DNA of 64,000 nucleotides from Bacteroidales bacterium (GCA_021738505.1 JAIPBW010000003.1:4063-68062); one strand, 5' to 3'. Shown: positions 52,400-62,944, numbered from the stretch's first letter. Notes: generated from the letters alone by a model not told the origin. A program made the numbers and translations.

Positions 52400-53455
52400 T
52401 TAACGGTTATCATACTGATCTTTATAATAATTTTGATAGGCTCCGCTGGTTACATCCTTCAACCATTGTTCATTCTCCAGATACCAATCCACTGTGTTTC
52501 GCAAGCCTTGTTCAAAATCTACTGAAGGGGTCCAACCCAACTCCTGTTGGATTTTTGAACTATCAATAGCATACCGCATATCATGCCCGGCACGGTCTTT
52601 TACAAAAGTAATCAATTTCGAAGACGCTCCTTTTTCCCGCCCCAGCTTCTCATCCATAATATTGCATAGTAAGCGGATCAAATCGATATTTTTCCATTCG
52701 TTATTTCCACCGATGTTATAGGTTTCTCCTACTCTTCCCTTATGAAAAATCAAATCAATAGCAGCTGCATGGTCATTAACCCACAACCAATCCCGGATAT
52801 TTTCGCCTTTGCCATATACCGGAATCGTTTTATTATTCTTAATGTTGTTGATCGCCAGCGGGATAAGTTTTTCAGGAAATTGATATGCTCCGTAATTATT
52901 TGAGCAATTGGAAATCACCGTCGGAAGGTTAAATGTATGCTGATAAGCTCTCACCAGATGGTCAGAGCTAGCTTTTGATGCTGAGTATGGACTCCGTGGA
53001 TCATAGGCTGTGTCTTCCGTAAAGAATCCTGTTTCACCCAATGAACCATAAACCTCATCTGTAGAAATATGATAAAACAATTTTTCAGCAAAATTATCGC
53101 TCCATATATGTCTAAAGGCATTTAACAAATTCACGGTACCGTTAATATTGGCATAAATAAATGCATTGGGATTACTTATGGAGCGGTCAACATGGGACTC
53201 GGCTGCAAGATGAATAACCCCGTCAAATTTATAATCTTCAAATAATTTCATTATAAACTCTTCGTCCACAATATCTCCTTTAATGAACGTATAATTGGGT
53301 TTATCCTCAATATCCGTCAGGTTTTTAAGATTCCCTGCATAAGTTAACTTATCCAGATTATAAATATGATACTGCGGGTATTTAGTAACCATCCTGCGGA
53401 CTACGTGGGAACCAATGAATCCGGCTCCGCCCGTGATTAAGATTTTTTTTGTCAT
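52400..53455 (-). CDS. rfbB: dTDP-glucose 4,6-dehydratase
   Basis: TGGAGFIG, DKLTYAGN, AAESHVDRS, STDEVYG, YSASK. Confidence 0.98.
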   Translation of the reverse strand: MTKKILITGGAGFIGSHVVRRMVTKYPQYHIYNLDKLTYAGNLKNLTDIEDKPNYTFIKGDIVDEEFIMKLFEDYKFDGVIHLAAESHVDRSISNPNAFIYANINGTVNLLNAFRHIWSDNFAEKLFYHISTDEVYGSLGETGFFTEDTAYDPRSPYSASKASSDHLVRAYQHTFNLPTVISNCSNNYGAYQFPEKLIPLAINNIKNNKTIPVYGKGENIRDWLWVNDHAAAIDLIFHKGRVGETYNIGGNNEWKNIDLIRLLCNIMDEKLGREKGASSKLITFVKDRAGHDMRYAIDSSKIQQELGWTPSVDFEQGLRNTVDWYLENEQWLKDVTSGAYQNYYKDQYDNR

Positions 53456-53459
53456 AATA

Positions 53460-54491
53460 TTATTCTTCTGTATTTTTTTCTGCTAATGCTTTTTCCCAGT
53501 TCCAGGCTGTACGCATCATATCTTCGAGATCTTTCCGGGCTTTCCAGCCCAGCTCCCGATTGGCAAAGCTTGTATCAGCCCAGACCTGCTCCACATCTCC
53601 GGGTCTACGATCAACAATTTTATACTTCAAAGGTTGATCAGCTACTTTTTCAAATGCTTTCACAACTTCCAGCACGGAATATCCATTCCCGGTACCTAAA
53701 TTAAATACTTCAGGATTAGCTTTATGCTGATTATTGATCATCCGGTCAACAGCTACAACATGTGCTTTTGCCAGATCCACTACATGGATATAATCTCTTA
53801 TCGCTGTGCCATCCGGAGTATTATAATCATTTCCAAAAACACTCAGTTGTTCACGTTTACCAATAGCCGTCTGCGTGATAAATGGCACAAGATTATCGGG
53901 AACGCCCAGCGGGAGTTCTCCTATCAAAATACTTTCATGAGCGCCAATGGGATTAAAATAACGTAATAAAATACCTTTTACATTTTGGTTGGCTTTGGCT
54001 GTATCGGTAATAATTTCTTCAGAAATTTGTTTTGTGTTTCCGTAGGGCGAAGCTGCTGCCTGCACAGGTGCATCTTCAGCTACGGGTAACTTTTCCGGTT
54101 GTCCGTATACTGTACATGATGATGAAAACACAATATTTTCCACTTCATTTTTTTTCATCCCCTCCAAAATATTCATCAAAGAAGTAAGATTATTATGGTA
54201 ATATTTTAACGGTTGTTCGACGGATTGTCCCACCGCTTTGTAAGCTGCAAAATGAATAACACCGTCCATATCCTGATGCCGGCTAAAAAAATCTAAGGTT
54301 TTTTGACGGTCGCACAGATCAAATTCTTCAAAATCCGGAAGGGTACCAGTAATTTTATGAATATTGTTAATGACTGATTGATAGGAATTGGATAAATTAT
54401 CCACGATAATAACCTCATACCCCTTTTCCTGCAGTTCCACAACAGTGTGCGAACCTATATATCCGGCTCCGCCGGTAACGAGAATCTTCAT
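53460..54491 (-). CDS. galE: UDP-glucose 4-epimerase
   Basis: MKILVTGGAGYIGSH (ATG at 54491), YGNTK, LRYFNPIGAH, RDYIHV. Confidence 0.98.
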   Translation of the reverse strand: MKILVTGGAGYIGSHTVVELQEKGYEVIIVDNLSNSYQSVINNIHKITGTLPDFEEFDLCDRQKTLDFFSRHQDMDGVIHFAAYKAVGQSVEQPLKYYHNNLTSLMNILEGMKKNEVENIVFSSSCTVYGQPEKLPVAEDAPVQAAASPYGNTKQISEEIITDTAKANQNVKGILLRYFNPIGAHESILIGELPLGVPDNLVPFITQTAIGKREQLSVFGNDYNTPDGTAIRDYIHVVDLAKAHVVAVDRMINNQHKANPEVFNLGTGNGYSVLEVVKAFEKVADQPLKYKIVDRRPGDVEQVWADTSFANRELGWKARKDLEDMMRTAWNWEKALAEKNTEE

Positions 54492-54625
54492 TTTGCTGCA
54501 TTTTATATTAAGAAAGGCCAAAGGTAGTAAGCTTTCCATTAAATCACAACCCCAAAAGGCAGAATTCAATCCAAAAAGACTAAAGTTGTTTTCTTTTCGT
54601 TAATTTTGCATCAAATCAAATAAAG

Positions 54626-55381
54626 ATGCACAAACAAATACTAATAATTGCTTTTCTACTAGCTTTTAAGGCTATTTCAGCTCAGGGCGATGTAAGTGAT
54701 ACGGCAACCAATATGCCAATGATCCAAATTAATTACGGGCTCCAGTTACCCGGGAATGATTTGGCAAATCGCTATGGCATGAATCATACGGCTGGAGCAA
54801 CATTTATGTATAAAACACATAAAAATTGGCTCTTCGGGGTAAAATTTAACTATTTGTTTAGCGAAAACGTGAAAAACAAAGAAGATATCCTTTCCGGAAT
54901 AGCAACCGAGGACGGAAATATTATCGACGGCAATGGAATGCTAACCGAAGTAAATTATCACGAACGCGGTTTTTACAGCAATGTCTCTATTGGTAAATTA
55001 TTCCCTGTCATCGGCCCAAACCAAAACTCGGGTTTATTTCTTATCGGCGGAGTCGGACTTTTACAACACAAAACATTAATACAAAACCCTGAAAATAAAG
55101 CTCCGCAAATTAGCGGAGAATACACTAAGGGCTATGATCGCCTGACCAATGGCCTGGCAGTAAGTGAATTTATCGGATATATGCATATCGGAAATGGAAC
55201 CATGTCCAGCTTTTATGTTGGCGCCGAATTAATACAAGCTTGGACACAATCGCGTCGCGATTATAATTTTAATAAAATGAAAAATGTAACCGATCAACGT
55301 TTCGACACACTCTGGGGATTAAGGATAGGCTGGATACTCCCGATCTCAGGAAAAACTTCCGGAGAATATCACTATTTTTAA
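54626..55381 (+). CDS. Conserved hypothetical outer-membrane beta-barrel-like protein
   Basis: Signal peptide; GDLxxRYG-like PGNDLANRYG, KGYDRLTNG, amphipathic strands. Confidence 0.65.
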   Translation: MHKQILIIAFLLAFKAISAQGDVSDTATNMPMIQINYGLQLPGNDLANRYGMNHTAGATFMYKTHKNWLFGVKFNYLFSENVKNKEDILSGIATEDGNIIDGNGMLTEVNYHERGFYSNVSIGKLFPVIGPNQNSGLFLIGGVGLLQHKTLIQNPENKAPQISGEYTKGYDRLTNGLAVSEFIGYMHIGNGTMSSFYVGAELIQAWTQSRRDYNFNKMKNVTDQRFDTLWGLRIGWILPISGKTSGEYHYF

Positions 55382-55384
55382 ACT

Positions 55385-56635
55385 ATGGGGCTTTATCAGA
55401 TTACCATAACAACATACTGGCTTATAGCCCTGATTTATGCATTGTTCAATAAAAAAGCAAAACAATTTGTTGCGGGCAGGAAAAATGTTTTCCGGAATTT
55501 AAAAGCCCGTATCCCTTCCGACAGAAAAATTATTTGGGTCCACTGTGCATCCTTAGGAGAGTTTGAACAAGGCAGACCTCTTATTGACCAATTGAAAAAA
55601 GAAGCACCGGAATATTTTATTCTCCTTACTTTTTTCTCTCCCAGCGGCTATGAGGTAAGGAAGAATTATTCCAATGCCGATTATGTATGCTACCTCCCCA
55701 TGGATACACGGAAAAATGCGAAACAATTTATCAGAATCGTAAAACCTTCAAAAGTTCTGTTTGTCAAATACGAGTTCTGGTTAAATTATATCGATGTCCT
55801 GCATAAAGAGCACATTCCCTTTTATCTTGTTTCAGGCATTTTTCGTAAGCAACAACATTTCTTTCAGTGGTATGGGAAAACCTTCCGCAAACGTTTACAT
55901 AAATTCAACCACTTCTTCCTGCAGAACAAAACCTCAGCCCTATTATTAAAAGAACTCGGGATAAATAAGTACACTGTAGCAGGAGACACACGCTTTGACC
56001 GGGTTAAGGAGATAACCAATAATTTGCAATCTTATCCGAATTTAGAGGCTTTCAGTAAAGAGGCATTAGTTATTCTGGCCGGATCTTCCTGGCCTGCAGG
56101 TGAAAAAATGTTAGCTCAGTTTTTTGCCATGAAAAACGATCCCAACCTAAAATTGATTATTGCTCCTCATCAGGTACATGATGATCACATTAATGAAATT
56201 CTGAGTTTATTTCCGGAGAAACCTGCATTATGGACGGATGTAGAAAAACAGACTACAATCAACTCTAATATTTTAGTTGTCGATACCATCGGAATATTGT
56301 CGTCATTATATCAATATGCAGACATTGCATACATTGGTGGAGGTTTTGGCAAAGGCATTCATAATACGCTGGAAGCAGCTACTTTCGGCATACCCGTTAT
56401 ATTTGGACCAAACTATCAAAGGTTCCGGGAGGCGGTAGACTTAAAAGAACAAAAAGGGGCTTTTGCAATCAATAATTTTGAAGATTTTGAACACATTTTA
56501 GATCAACTAATCCGGGATAAATTTCATAGGCAAAGGTCGGGTGAAAATGCCCGTCACTATGTTCAAACAAACACCGGAGCAACCAAGATAATTATGAATT
56601 CCATTACAGGTAAAGAATCCGGATTAACCCAATAA
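55385..56635 (+). CDS. waaA: 3-deoxy-D-manno-octulosonic acid (Kdo) transferase
   Basis: WVHCASLGE, GDTRFD, IGGGF, HNTLEAA, FGPN. Confidence 0.95.
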   Translation: MGLYQITITTYWLIALIYALFNKKAKQFVAGRKNVFRNLKARIPSDRKIIWVHCASLGEFEQGRPLIDQLKKEAPEYFILLTFFSPSGYEVRKNYSNADYVCYLPMDTRKNAKQFIRIVKPSKVLFVKYEFWLNYIDVLHKEHIPFYLVSGIFRKQQHFFQWYGKTFRKRLHKFNHFFLQNKTSALLLKELGINKYTVAGDTRFDRVKEITNNLQSYPNLEAFSKEALVILAGSSWPAGEKMLAQFFAMKNDPNLKLIIAPHQVHDDHINEILSLFPEKPALWTDVEKQTTINSNILVVDTIGILSSLYQYADIAYIGGGFGKGIHNTLEAATFGIPVIFGPNYQRFREAVDLKEQKGAFAINNFEDFEHILDQLIRDKFHRQRSGENARHYVQTNTGATKIIMNSITGKESGLTQ

Positions 56636-56710
56636 AAGTTATCCTATTTTTATCAACATCCTTTAAAAAAGGAAATATAAAATGTAATTTTGTTAAAAAA
56701 TAAGCAAACA

Positions 56711-57556
56711 ATGACAAGCACAACAGAACTCCAAAAAATTGCAAATCAAGTCAGAAGAGATATCATCCGTATGGTTCATGCTGTAAATTCGGGCCACCCG
56801 GGAGGTTCACTGGGTTGCACAGATTTCATGACCGCCTTATATTTTGAAGTTATGGACCATGATCCTTCAAATTTTTCAATGGAAGGAAAAGGAGAAGATG
56901 TCTTTTACCTCTCCAATGGGCACATTTCACCGTTATGGTATAGTATCCTGGCAAGAAATGGCTATTTTGACATTTCGGAACTGAAAACGTTTCGCAAACT
57001 CAATTCCCGATTACAGGGCCATCCGGCAACAGAAGAAGGTCTTCCGGGAATACGAATCGCTTCTGGTTCTCTCGGCCAGGGAATGTCAGCGGCTTTAGGG
57101 CACGCATTAGCTAAAAAGCTGGATAGTGACAATAAGATTGTCTATAGCCTCCATGGTGACGGAGAATTACAGGAAGGGCAAATTTGGGAAGCCGCTCTTT
57201 TTGGCGCTTCCAGAAAGATAGATAACATCATAGCCACGGTAGATTATAACGGTCAGCAAATTGACGGGCCCGTACAAAAGGTCAATGATCTTGGTGATTT
57301 AAAAGCCAAATGGGAAGCCTTTGGTTGGATAACACTGGAAATGAACGGACATGCCTTTGATGATATCCTAAAAACCATGGAAAAAGCAAAATCCATGACC
57401 GGTCAGGGAAAACCGGTTATTATTCTTATGCATACAGATATGGGCCATGGCGTGGATTATATGCAGGGAACACATGAGTGGCATGGCAAAGCTCCTGACG
57501 ATGAACTGGCACAAAAAGCCCTGGAGCAATTACCGGAAACTTTAGGAGATTATTGA
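56711..57556 (+). CDS. Transketolase N-terminal (TPP-binding) subunit
   Basis: SGHPGGSLG, LSNGH, LQGHP, GSLGQG, GDGELQEG. Confidence 0.95.
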   Translation: MTSTTELQKIANQVRRDIIRMVHAVNSGHPGGSLGCTDFMTALYFEVMDHDPSNFSMEGKGEDVFYLSNGHISPLWYSILARNGYFDISELKTFRKLNSRLQGHPATEEGLPGIRIASGSLGQGMSAALGHALAKKLDSDNKIVYSLHGDGELQEGQIWEAALFGASRKIDNIIATVDYNGQQIDGPVQKVNDLGDLKAKWEAFGWITLEMNGHAFDDILKTMEKAKSMTGQGKPVIILMHTDMGHGVDYMQGTHEWHGKAPDDELAQKALEQLPETLGDY

Positions 57557-57582
57557 TTAAAATCCATCAGAATATTCGCTTT

Positions 57583-58983
57583 ATGAGGTTCAAATGCTCG
57601 TTTATCATACTCATTCTTTTGCTGGCTTTAACAACCACCAAATCTGTTTTAGCCCAGCATCAAACAGCAGAAAGAAGAAACAATCAGTTAACACGTATTC
57701 TATTTGTTTTTGATGCCTCAAGAAGCATGTATGGAGAATGGGATGATGAGCCCAAAATAGATATAGCCAGACGGTTACTGACTGAAATGTTAGACAGTCT
57801 TCGCGGACGAAAAAACATGCAGTTGGGACTTCGCGTGTATGGACACCAACACCATTTCCCTCCCCAGCATTGTGATGACACGAAACTGGAAATCCCTTTT
57901 GAATATGATAACATTGACCAGATCGTCCACAAACTCAAATCTATCGCTCCTAAGGGAACCACACCGATAGCCCGTTCACTGGAAGAAGCTGCTGATGATT
58001 TTACAGACTGTGAAAATTGCCGCAATATTGTAATTCTGATTACCGACGGAATAGAAGAATGCGGTGGTGATCCTTGTGATGTTTCGCTTAAACTCCAGGA
58101 AAAGGGTGTTATTTTAAAACCTTTTGTTATCGGCATTGGAAAAGATTTCAAGGATGCTTTTGATTGTGTGGGAACGTATTTTGACACGAAAAATGAAGAG
58201 GAGTTCCGTACTGCGCTTAATGTCGCCATTGACAGAGCCCTTAATCCGACAACTGCTCAGATCAACCTGCTCGACATTAACGGAAACCCCACAGAGACAA
58301 ACGTTAACATGTCTTTTTATAATAAAACTTCAGGCGAACTAAAATATAATCTCATTCATACACTTAATGCTAAAGGCAACCCGGACACGCTTAAGTTAGA
58401 CCCGATGATCACCTATAAAATTGATATTCATACGATCCCTCCCCTGACTATTGACTCATTCGGCTTAACAGCCGGTAAGCACAATAAAATCGGTGTAGAC
58501 GCTCCGCAAGGATATTTAAAACTGGTATTTGACGGCAAAAGCACCAAAAGCCATTACATCAATTGCATTGTAAGAAAAGACGGAAAGATGAAAACTCTTA
58601 ACGTTCAAAACATTGGCAAGAAAGAAAAATATCTTATCGGGAAATATGATTTGGAAGTTTTAACACTTCCACGGTTAAATATTGAAGATGTAGCCGTTAA
58701 TCACAACCATACAACCACGATAGATATTCCCAGTCCCGGTATGGTCGTCATACAGATGGGGACTTCCGGCTATGGCAGTGTTTACAAATATCAGGATGAT
58801 GGAAGCTTAAAATGGATCTATAATCTACCTGAAAAACAACAAAGAGAATCTTTATTTTTACTACCGGGCGATTACAAAGTAGTATTCCGCTCAAGGGCTA
58901 CACACCGATCAAGACATACGCGCCAGGTCGATTTTGAAGTCAAATCAGGTAAAGCCCAAACCATTTCAATATACAAGAATTAA
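57583..58983 (+). CDS. Exported von Willebrand factor A domain protein
   Basis: Signal peptide; MIDAS DASRS, GTTPIA, LITDGIEECGGDPC. Confidence 0.9.
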   Translation: MRFKCSFIILILLLALTTTKSVLAQHQTAERRNNQLTRILFVFDASRSMYGEWDDEPKIDIARRLLTEMLDSLRGRKNMQLGLRVYGHQHHFPPQHCDDTKLEIPFEYDNIDQIVHKLKSIAPKGTTPIARSLEEAADDFTDCENCRNIVILITDGIEECGGDPCDVSLKLQEKGVILKPFVIGIGKDFKDAFDCVGTYFDTKNEEEFRTALNVAIDRALNPTTAQINLLDINGNPTETNVNMSFYNKTSGELKYNLIHTLNAKGNPDTLKLDPMITYKIDIHTIPPLTIDSFGLTAGKHNKIGVDAPQGYLKLVFDGKSTKSHYINCIVRKDGKMKTLNVQNIGKKEKYLIGKYDLEVLTLPRLNIEDVAVNHNHTTTIDIPSPGMVVIQMGTSGYGSVYKYQDDGSLKWIYNLPEKQQRESLFLLPGDYKVVFRSRATHRSRHTRQVDFEVKSGKAQTISIYKN

Positions 58984-58996
58984 AAAATCAAAAATC

Positions 58997-59950
58997 ATGA
59001 ACACATATAAAGTAAGAGACCATAAAGACACGCGCTCCGGTTATGGAGCAGCATTACTCGAAATTGCCAAAGATAACGATCAGATTGTCGGTTTATGTGC
59101 AGACCTGACAGGTTCGCTCAAAATGGGCGACTTTGCGAAAGCTTATCCGGAACGATTTTTCCAATCCGGAATATCTGAGGCTAATATGATGGGCGTTGCT
59201 GCCGGAATGGCAACAGCAGGAAAAATTCCTTTTCCATCGACTTTTGCTAATTTTGGCTCAGGCCGTGTTTACGATCAAATTCGCCAATCTATCGCTTACA
59301 GTAATAAGAACGTTAAAATTTGTGTGTCTCATGCGGGACTTACATTAGGAGAAGACGGAGCTACTCACCAAATGCTGGAAGATCTTGGCATGATGAAAAT
59401 GCTTCCCAACATGACGGTTATCAATCCATGCGATTATACGCAAACCATGCAGGCCACCAAAGCTGCCGCCGAGCATTACGGACCCGTATATTTACGCTTT
59501 GGCCGACCCAAAATGCCGGTCTTTATACCCGAAGATATGCCATTTAAAATTGGGGAAGCAATTAAACTTACGCAAGGAAATGATGTCACTATTATTGCAA
59601 CCGGTCATTTAGTTTGGCCGGCAATTCAGGCAGAACAACGATTAAAAGAAAAAGGCATATCTGCCGAAGTTATTAATATCCATACAATTAAACCACTTGA
59701 CACAAAAGCTATAGTGGAGTCAGTAAAAAAAACACATTGTGTGGTAACAGCAGAAGAACATATGCTGAATGGAGGATTAGGTGAAAGTGTCGCTCATACA
59801 TTAGCAAAAAATTATCCGGCACCCATGGAAATGATTGGGGTAGATGACACTTTTGGTGAAAGTGGTAAGCCGGATGAATTAATGGAAAAATATGGACTGA
59901 CAGATAAAAATATTGTTGAGGCGGCCCTGAAAGTTTTCCATCGCAAGTAA
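58997..59950 (+). CDS. Transketolase C-terminal subunit
   Basis: ADLTGS, GISEANM, GEDGATHQ, VTAEEH, DDTFGESG. Confidence 0.95.
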   Translation: MNTYKVRDHKDTRSGYGAALLEIAKDNDQIVGLCADLTGSLKMGDFAKAYPERFFQSGISEANMMGVAAGMATAGKIPFPSTFANFGSGRVYDQIRQSIAYSNKNVKICVSHAGLTLGEDGATHQMLEDLGMMKMLPNMTVINPCDYTQTMQATKAAAEHYGPVYLRFGRPKMPVFIPEDMPFKIGEAIKLTQGNDVTIIATGHLVWPAIQAEQRLKEKGISAEVINIHTIKPLDTKAIVESVKKTHCVVTAEEHMLNGGLGESVAHTLAKNYPAPMEMIGVDDTFGESGKPDELMEKYGLTDKNIVEAALKVFHRK

Positions 59951-59960
59951 TGATAAATGA

Positions 59961-60509
59961 ATGCCATCATACTCAGATAACGAGATACTCGAATTATTCA
60001 ATCAACCGGAAAAACGCTCAAAAGCGTTTGAAATGCTGGTAAACAAATACCAACAAAGGGTATATTGGATAATCCGTCGTATGCTTCTCAACCATGAAGA
60101 TACGAACGATGTGATGCAGGAGACTTTTATCAAAATCTGGCAAAACATTGCAAATTTCAGACAACAATCCGGGCTCTATGCCTGGATATATCGTATTGCT
60201 ATTAACGAAGTGTACACATTTTTCCGAAAGAAAAAACGCCTTCGCAACCTACCTACTACCGAATTAAAAGAGGAAATGCTTCAGTCATTACAGTGTGACC
60301 CATGGTTTGATGGAAATCAAGCACAACTCAAGCTGCAGGAAGCTATCCTTGCATTACCCAAAAAACAACAAATGGTTTTTAATATGCGATATTTTGAAGA
60401 AATCCCGTATGCCGAAATGTCCAAAATATTAGATACTTCAAAGGGATCTTTAAAAGCATCATATCACTGGGCTGTTAAAAAAATAGAAGAAAACTTAAAA
60501 GACAATTAA
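59961..60509 (+). CDS. ECF sigma factor
   Basis: DVMQETFIKIW, WIYRIAIN (region 2); LPKKQQ...GSLKASYHWAVKK (region 4). Confidence 0.95.
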   Translation: MPSYSDNEILELFNQPEKRSKAFEMLVNKYQQRVYWIIRRMLLNHEDTNDVMQETFIKIWQNIANFRQQSGLYAWIYRIAINEVYTFFRKKKRLRNLPTTELKEEMLQSLQCDPWFDGNQAQLKLQEAILALPKKQQMVFNMRYFEEIPYAEMSKILDTSKGSLKASYHWAVKKIEENLKDN

Positions 60510-60554
60510 ACCTAAAATCAAAAAACGTATCCTATTCACAGCATAAGATAATTC

Positions 60555-61937
60555 ATGGTCAAAAAATCAAAACATACAAACAAAGAACCTGACACAAGCA
60601 GCATCGATCGTCATGCAAAAGGAGATAGCTTTAAAACTCCCGAGAACTATTTTGACGAGTTTTCGTCAAATATCGTCAGCATGACAAAAGATATGCCTGT
60701 TAAGCCAGGCAATCCCCCGGGTTATCAAAAGCTGGTCTCCCGCCCCTGGGCGATGGTTGCCGCTGCGGCTGCAATTATTGGAATAGTTCTTATGTCTGTG
60801 TTTTATTTTACGAATAATTCTCAACAACAACCCGATAATATTCATCCTGATCGTGGATTAGTTCAAACAGATACGAACGAAGTCCGGCACCGGCAAGAAA
60901 CAGATGATTCTTCCCGTCAGGTTATTGCAGAAAAAAGCAAAAAAGCAACAAAAGAGCTATCGGACAAAGATCCGGCAAAAGCCAAACAAGAAAGGCCGGA
61001 AAAAGCACAGAAAGAGAACCAGCATGCTGAAGAAACCGCCATTGCTCAAAAAGCAAAAGAAGACAAACAAATAAACGAGCAAGAAAATAAAGAAAAAAAA
61101 TATCCCACACAAGAACCAGAACCACAGTTTGCCGAAAACCAAAATCAAACAGGCAGGCAAAACCATTCAGGGGGTATAAGCCAGCAAGGTTCTGGTACCG
61201 GTAAGACTTCAAATGAAGAGGTTGCTATTGCATCAGAGCAAATATCAAAAGAATTTGATTTTTATAATGACACATGCATCTCTTCCCCTTCCTGGTTTTA
61301 TCTACCTTCTGTTCCTAAGGGGTATAAAATTAAATGGAGAGGTAAAGCTAATAAAGATAGTCTTCTTATTGAGGAGAGCGGTTTATATACAGCCATATTA
61401 ACAAATAGTGACAATGATACAATTTCAACTCCGGAGTTTGAAGTTCGTTATCTTCCGGAGCCTGATGTGAAATTACGCCGGCAATATAAAGTATGCATAA
61501 ATAAAAACCTGAAATTGGATCCCGGATTTTATGATGAGAAATATGACTTTATGTGGTCTGACGGCGTGGAAAGCCCTGTGAATTTTGTCTCGGAGATTTC
61601 TGCATCCACAAAACATTACTCCCTGGAAATAACAGGTTGTAAAACATATGAGTATCAAACAATCGTCATCTTTGAATCCTGTGATCTTACAATACCCAAT
61701 GTAATCACCCCAAACGGTGACGGCATGAATGATTACTTTAAAATTGAAGGCCTTGAAAACTATCCCGGTAGCAAGCTCATTATCTTAGACCGCAATGGAA
61801 AAGAACTTTTCGTTGACGAAAATTATCAAAATGATTTTGATGGCGGCAATCTGCCGCAAGGCTCCTATTTTTACATCCTACAAGTCAATGATAAACATCA
61901 GACAACCAAAAAAGGAAACCTGAATATTATCTTCTAA
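60555..61937 (+). CDS. Putative anti-sigma-like membrane protein with C-terminal T9SS type B (gliding-motility-associated) domain
   Basis: FKTPENYFDEF N-terminal motif, single TM, charged linker, IPNVITPNGDGMND...LPQGSYFYIL. Confidence 0.8.
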   Translation: MVKKSKHTNKEPDTSSIDRHAKGDSFKTPENYFDEFSSNIVSMTKDMPVKPGNPPGYQKLVSRPWAMVAAAAAIIGIVLMSVFYFTNNSQQQPDNIHPDRGLVQTDTNEVRHRQETDDSSRQVIAEKSKKATKELSDKDPAKAKQERPEKAQKENQHAEETAIAQKAKEDKQINEQENKEKKYPTQEPEPQFAENQNQTGRQNHSGGISQQGSGTGKTSNEEVAIASEQISKEFDFYNDTCISSPSWFYLPSVPKGYKIKWRGKANKDSLLIEESGLYTAILTNSDNDTISTPEFEVRYLPEPDVKLRRQYKVCINKNLKLDPGFYDEKYDFMWSDGVESPVNFVSEISASTKHYSLEITGCKTYEYQTIVIFESCDLTIPNVITPNGDGMNDYFKIEGLENYPGSKLIILDRNGKELFVDENYQNDFDGGNLPQGSYFYILQVNDKHQTTKKGNLNIIF

Positions 61938-62090
61938 CGCCCCTCCTTCCCTGAATTGTGATATATTTGCCACAACAAATTAGTGTTACGACAAAATAAT
62001 ATTTCATTTAAAAAAATAATTTAGGTGTTATTCGTTATTATCGAAAGCGACTTGAATTATTTTTACCATTAGACCCAAAAAGGATTGGAT

Positions 62091-62342
62091 ATGAAAACAT
62101 CAATAGAAATCAGTTACTATCCGCTAAAAGAAGAATACCTGGCACCTATTCAAAATTTCATAGATCGATTAAAGACTCATGACTCCCTAAAGGTACATGT
62201 AAATACAATGAGCACACAGGTTTTTGGGGAATATTTTGAGATGATGGATATAATCACAAAGGAAATCCATAAGTCCTTTGAGCTATCGGGGTCGATTTTC
62301 GTGTTAAAAATCATTAATGCAGATCTTTCGCCTGAAAGCTAG
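62091..62342 (+). CDS. YkoF/thiamine-binding-protein-like small protein
   Basis: SIEISYYPL, NTMSTQVFGEY; about 83 aa ferredoxin-like pattern. Confidence 0.75.
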   Translation: MKTSIEISYYPLKEEYLAPIQNFIDRLKTHDSLKVHVNTMSTQVFGEYFEMMDIITKEIHKSFELSGSIFVLKIINADLSPES

Positions 62343-62344
62343 CT

Positions 62345-62944
62345 ATGGCAGTCATTATTGAATATATCACCGGCAATTATATTGAATTGCTGGCCATGGC
62401 TTTGGGTCTTGTTTCCATTGTACTTCAGATAAAACAAAACCTCTGGCTGTGGCCTGTTAATATTGTTATGGTGAGTCTATACATCATTGTTTATATAGAT
62501 GCTCGTTTGTACGCTGATATGTCGCTTCAGGTTTATTATTTAATAATGAGTGTCTATGGATGGTTTTATTGGCTTTATGGACGCAAAAACAGAAAAGATC
62601 AAAAGCAAGTCCCGGTGACGCGCACACGAAAGAAGGTCTGGCCATTTCTGATTTTGGCAACAATCGCATTATTTGTTATCATAAGCTATATCCTTGTGAA
62701 CTACACCGATTCAGATGTGCCGTATTTGGATGCCTTCACGACTTCATTGAGCTTTGTGGCTACCTGGATGCTTGCCCGCAAGCTGATTGAAAACTGGATT
62801 ATTTGGATTGTCGTTGATGCTGTTTCCGTCGGACTTTATATCTTTAAGGGGTTGTTTCCTACTACTGTACTATTTCTTGTACTTACCATACTGGCTTTCA
62901 AAGGGTATCACGAATGGAAGAAAGAGTTAAATACAAATATATAA
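62345..62944 (+). CDS. pnuC: PnuC-family vitamin/nicotinamide riboside transporter
   Basis: LYADMSLQVYY, YGWFYW, DAFTT, ARKLIENWIIWIVVD. Confidence 0.93.
   Translation: MAVIIEYITGNYIELLAMALGLVSIVLQIKQNLWLWPVNIVMVSLYIIVYIDARLYADMSLQVYYLIMSVYGWFYWLYGRKNRKDQKQVPVTRTRKKVWPFLILATIALFVIISYILVNYTDSDVPYLDAFTTSLSFVATWMLARKLIENWIIWIVVDAVSVGLYIFKGLFPTTVLFLVLTILAFKGYHEWKKELNTNI

Noticed and set aside
57684-58229. Long antisense ORFs (also 47360-47809, 33601-33960 and many shorter ones)
   Set aside because: They lie fully inside well-supported genes on the opposite strand and look like codon-bias shadows.
61938-62090. TPP riboswitch upstream of the YkoF-like/pnuC operon
   Set aside because: The conserved CTGAGA and ACCTGA...GCGTAGGGA-like cores are absent.
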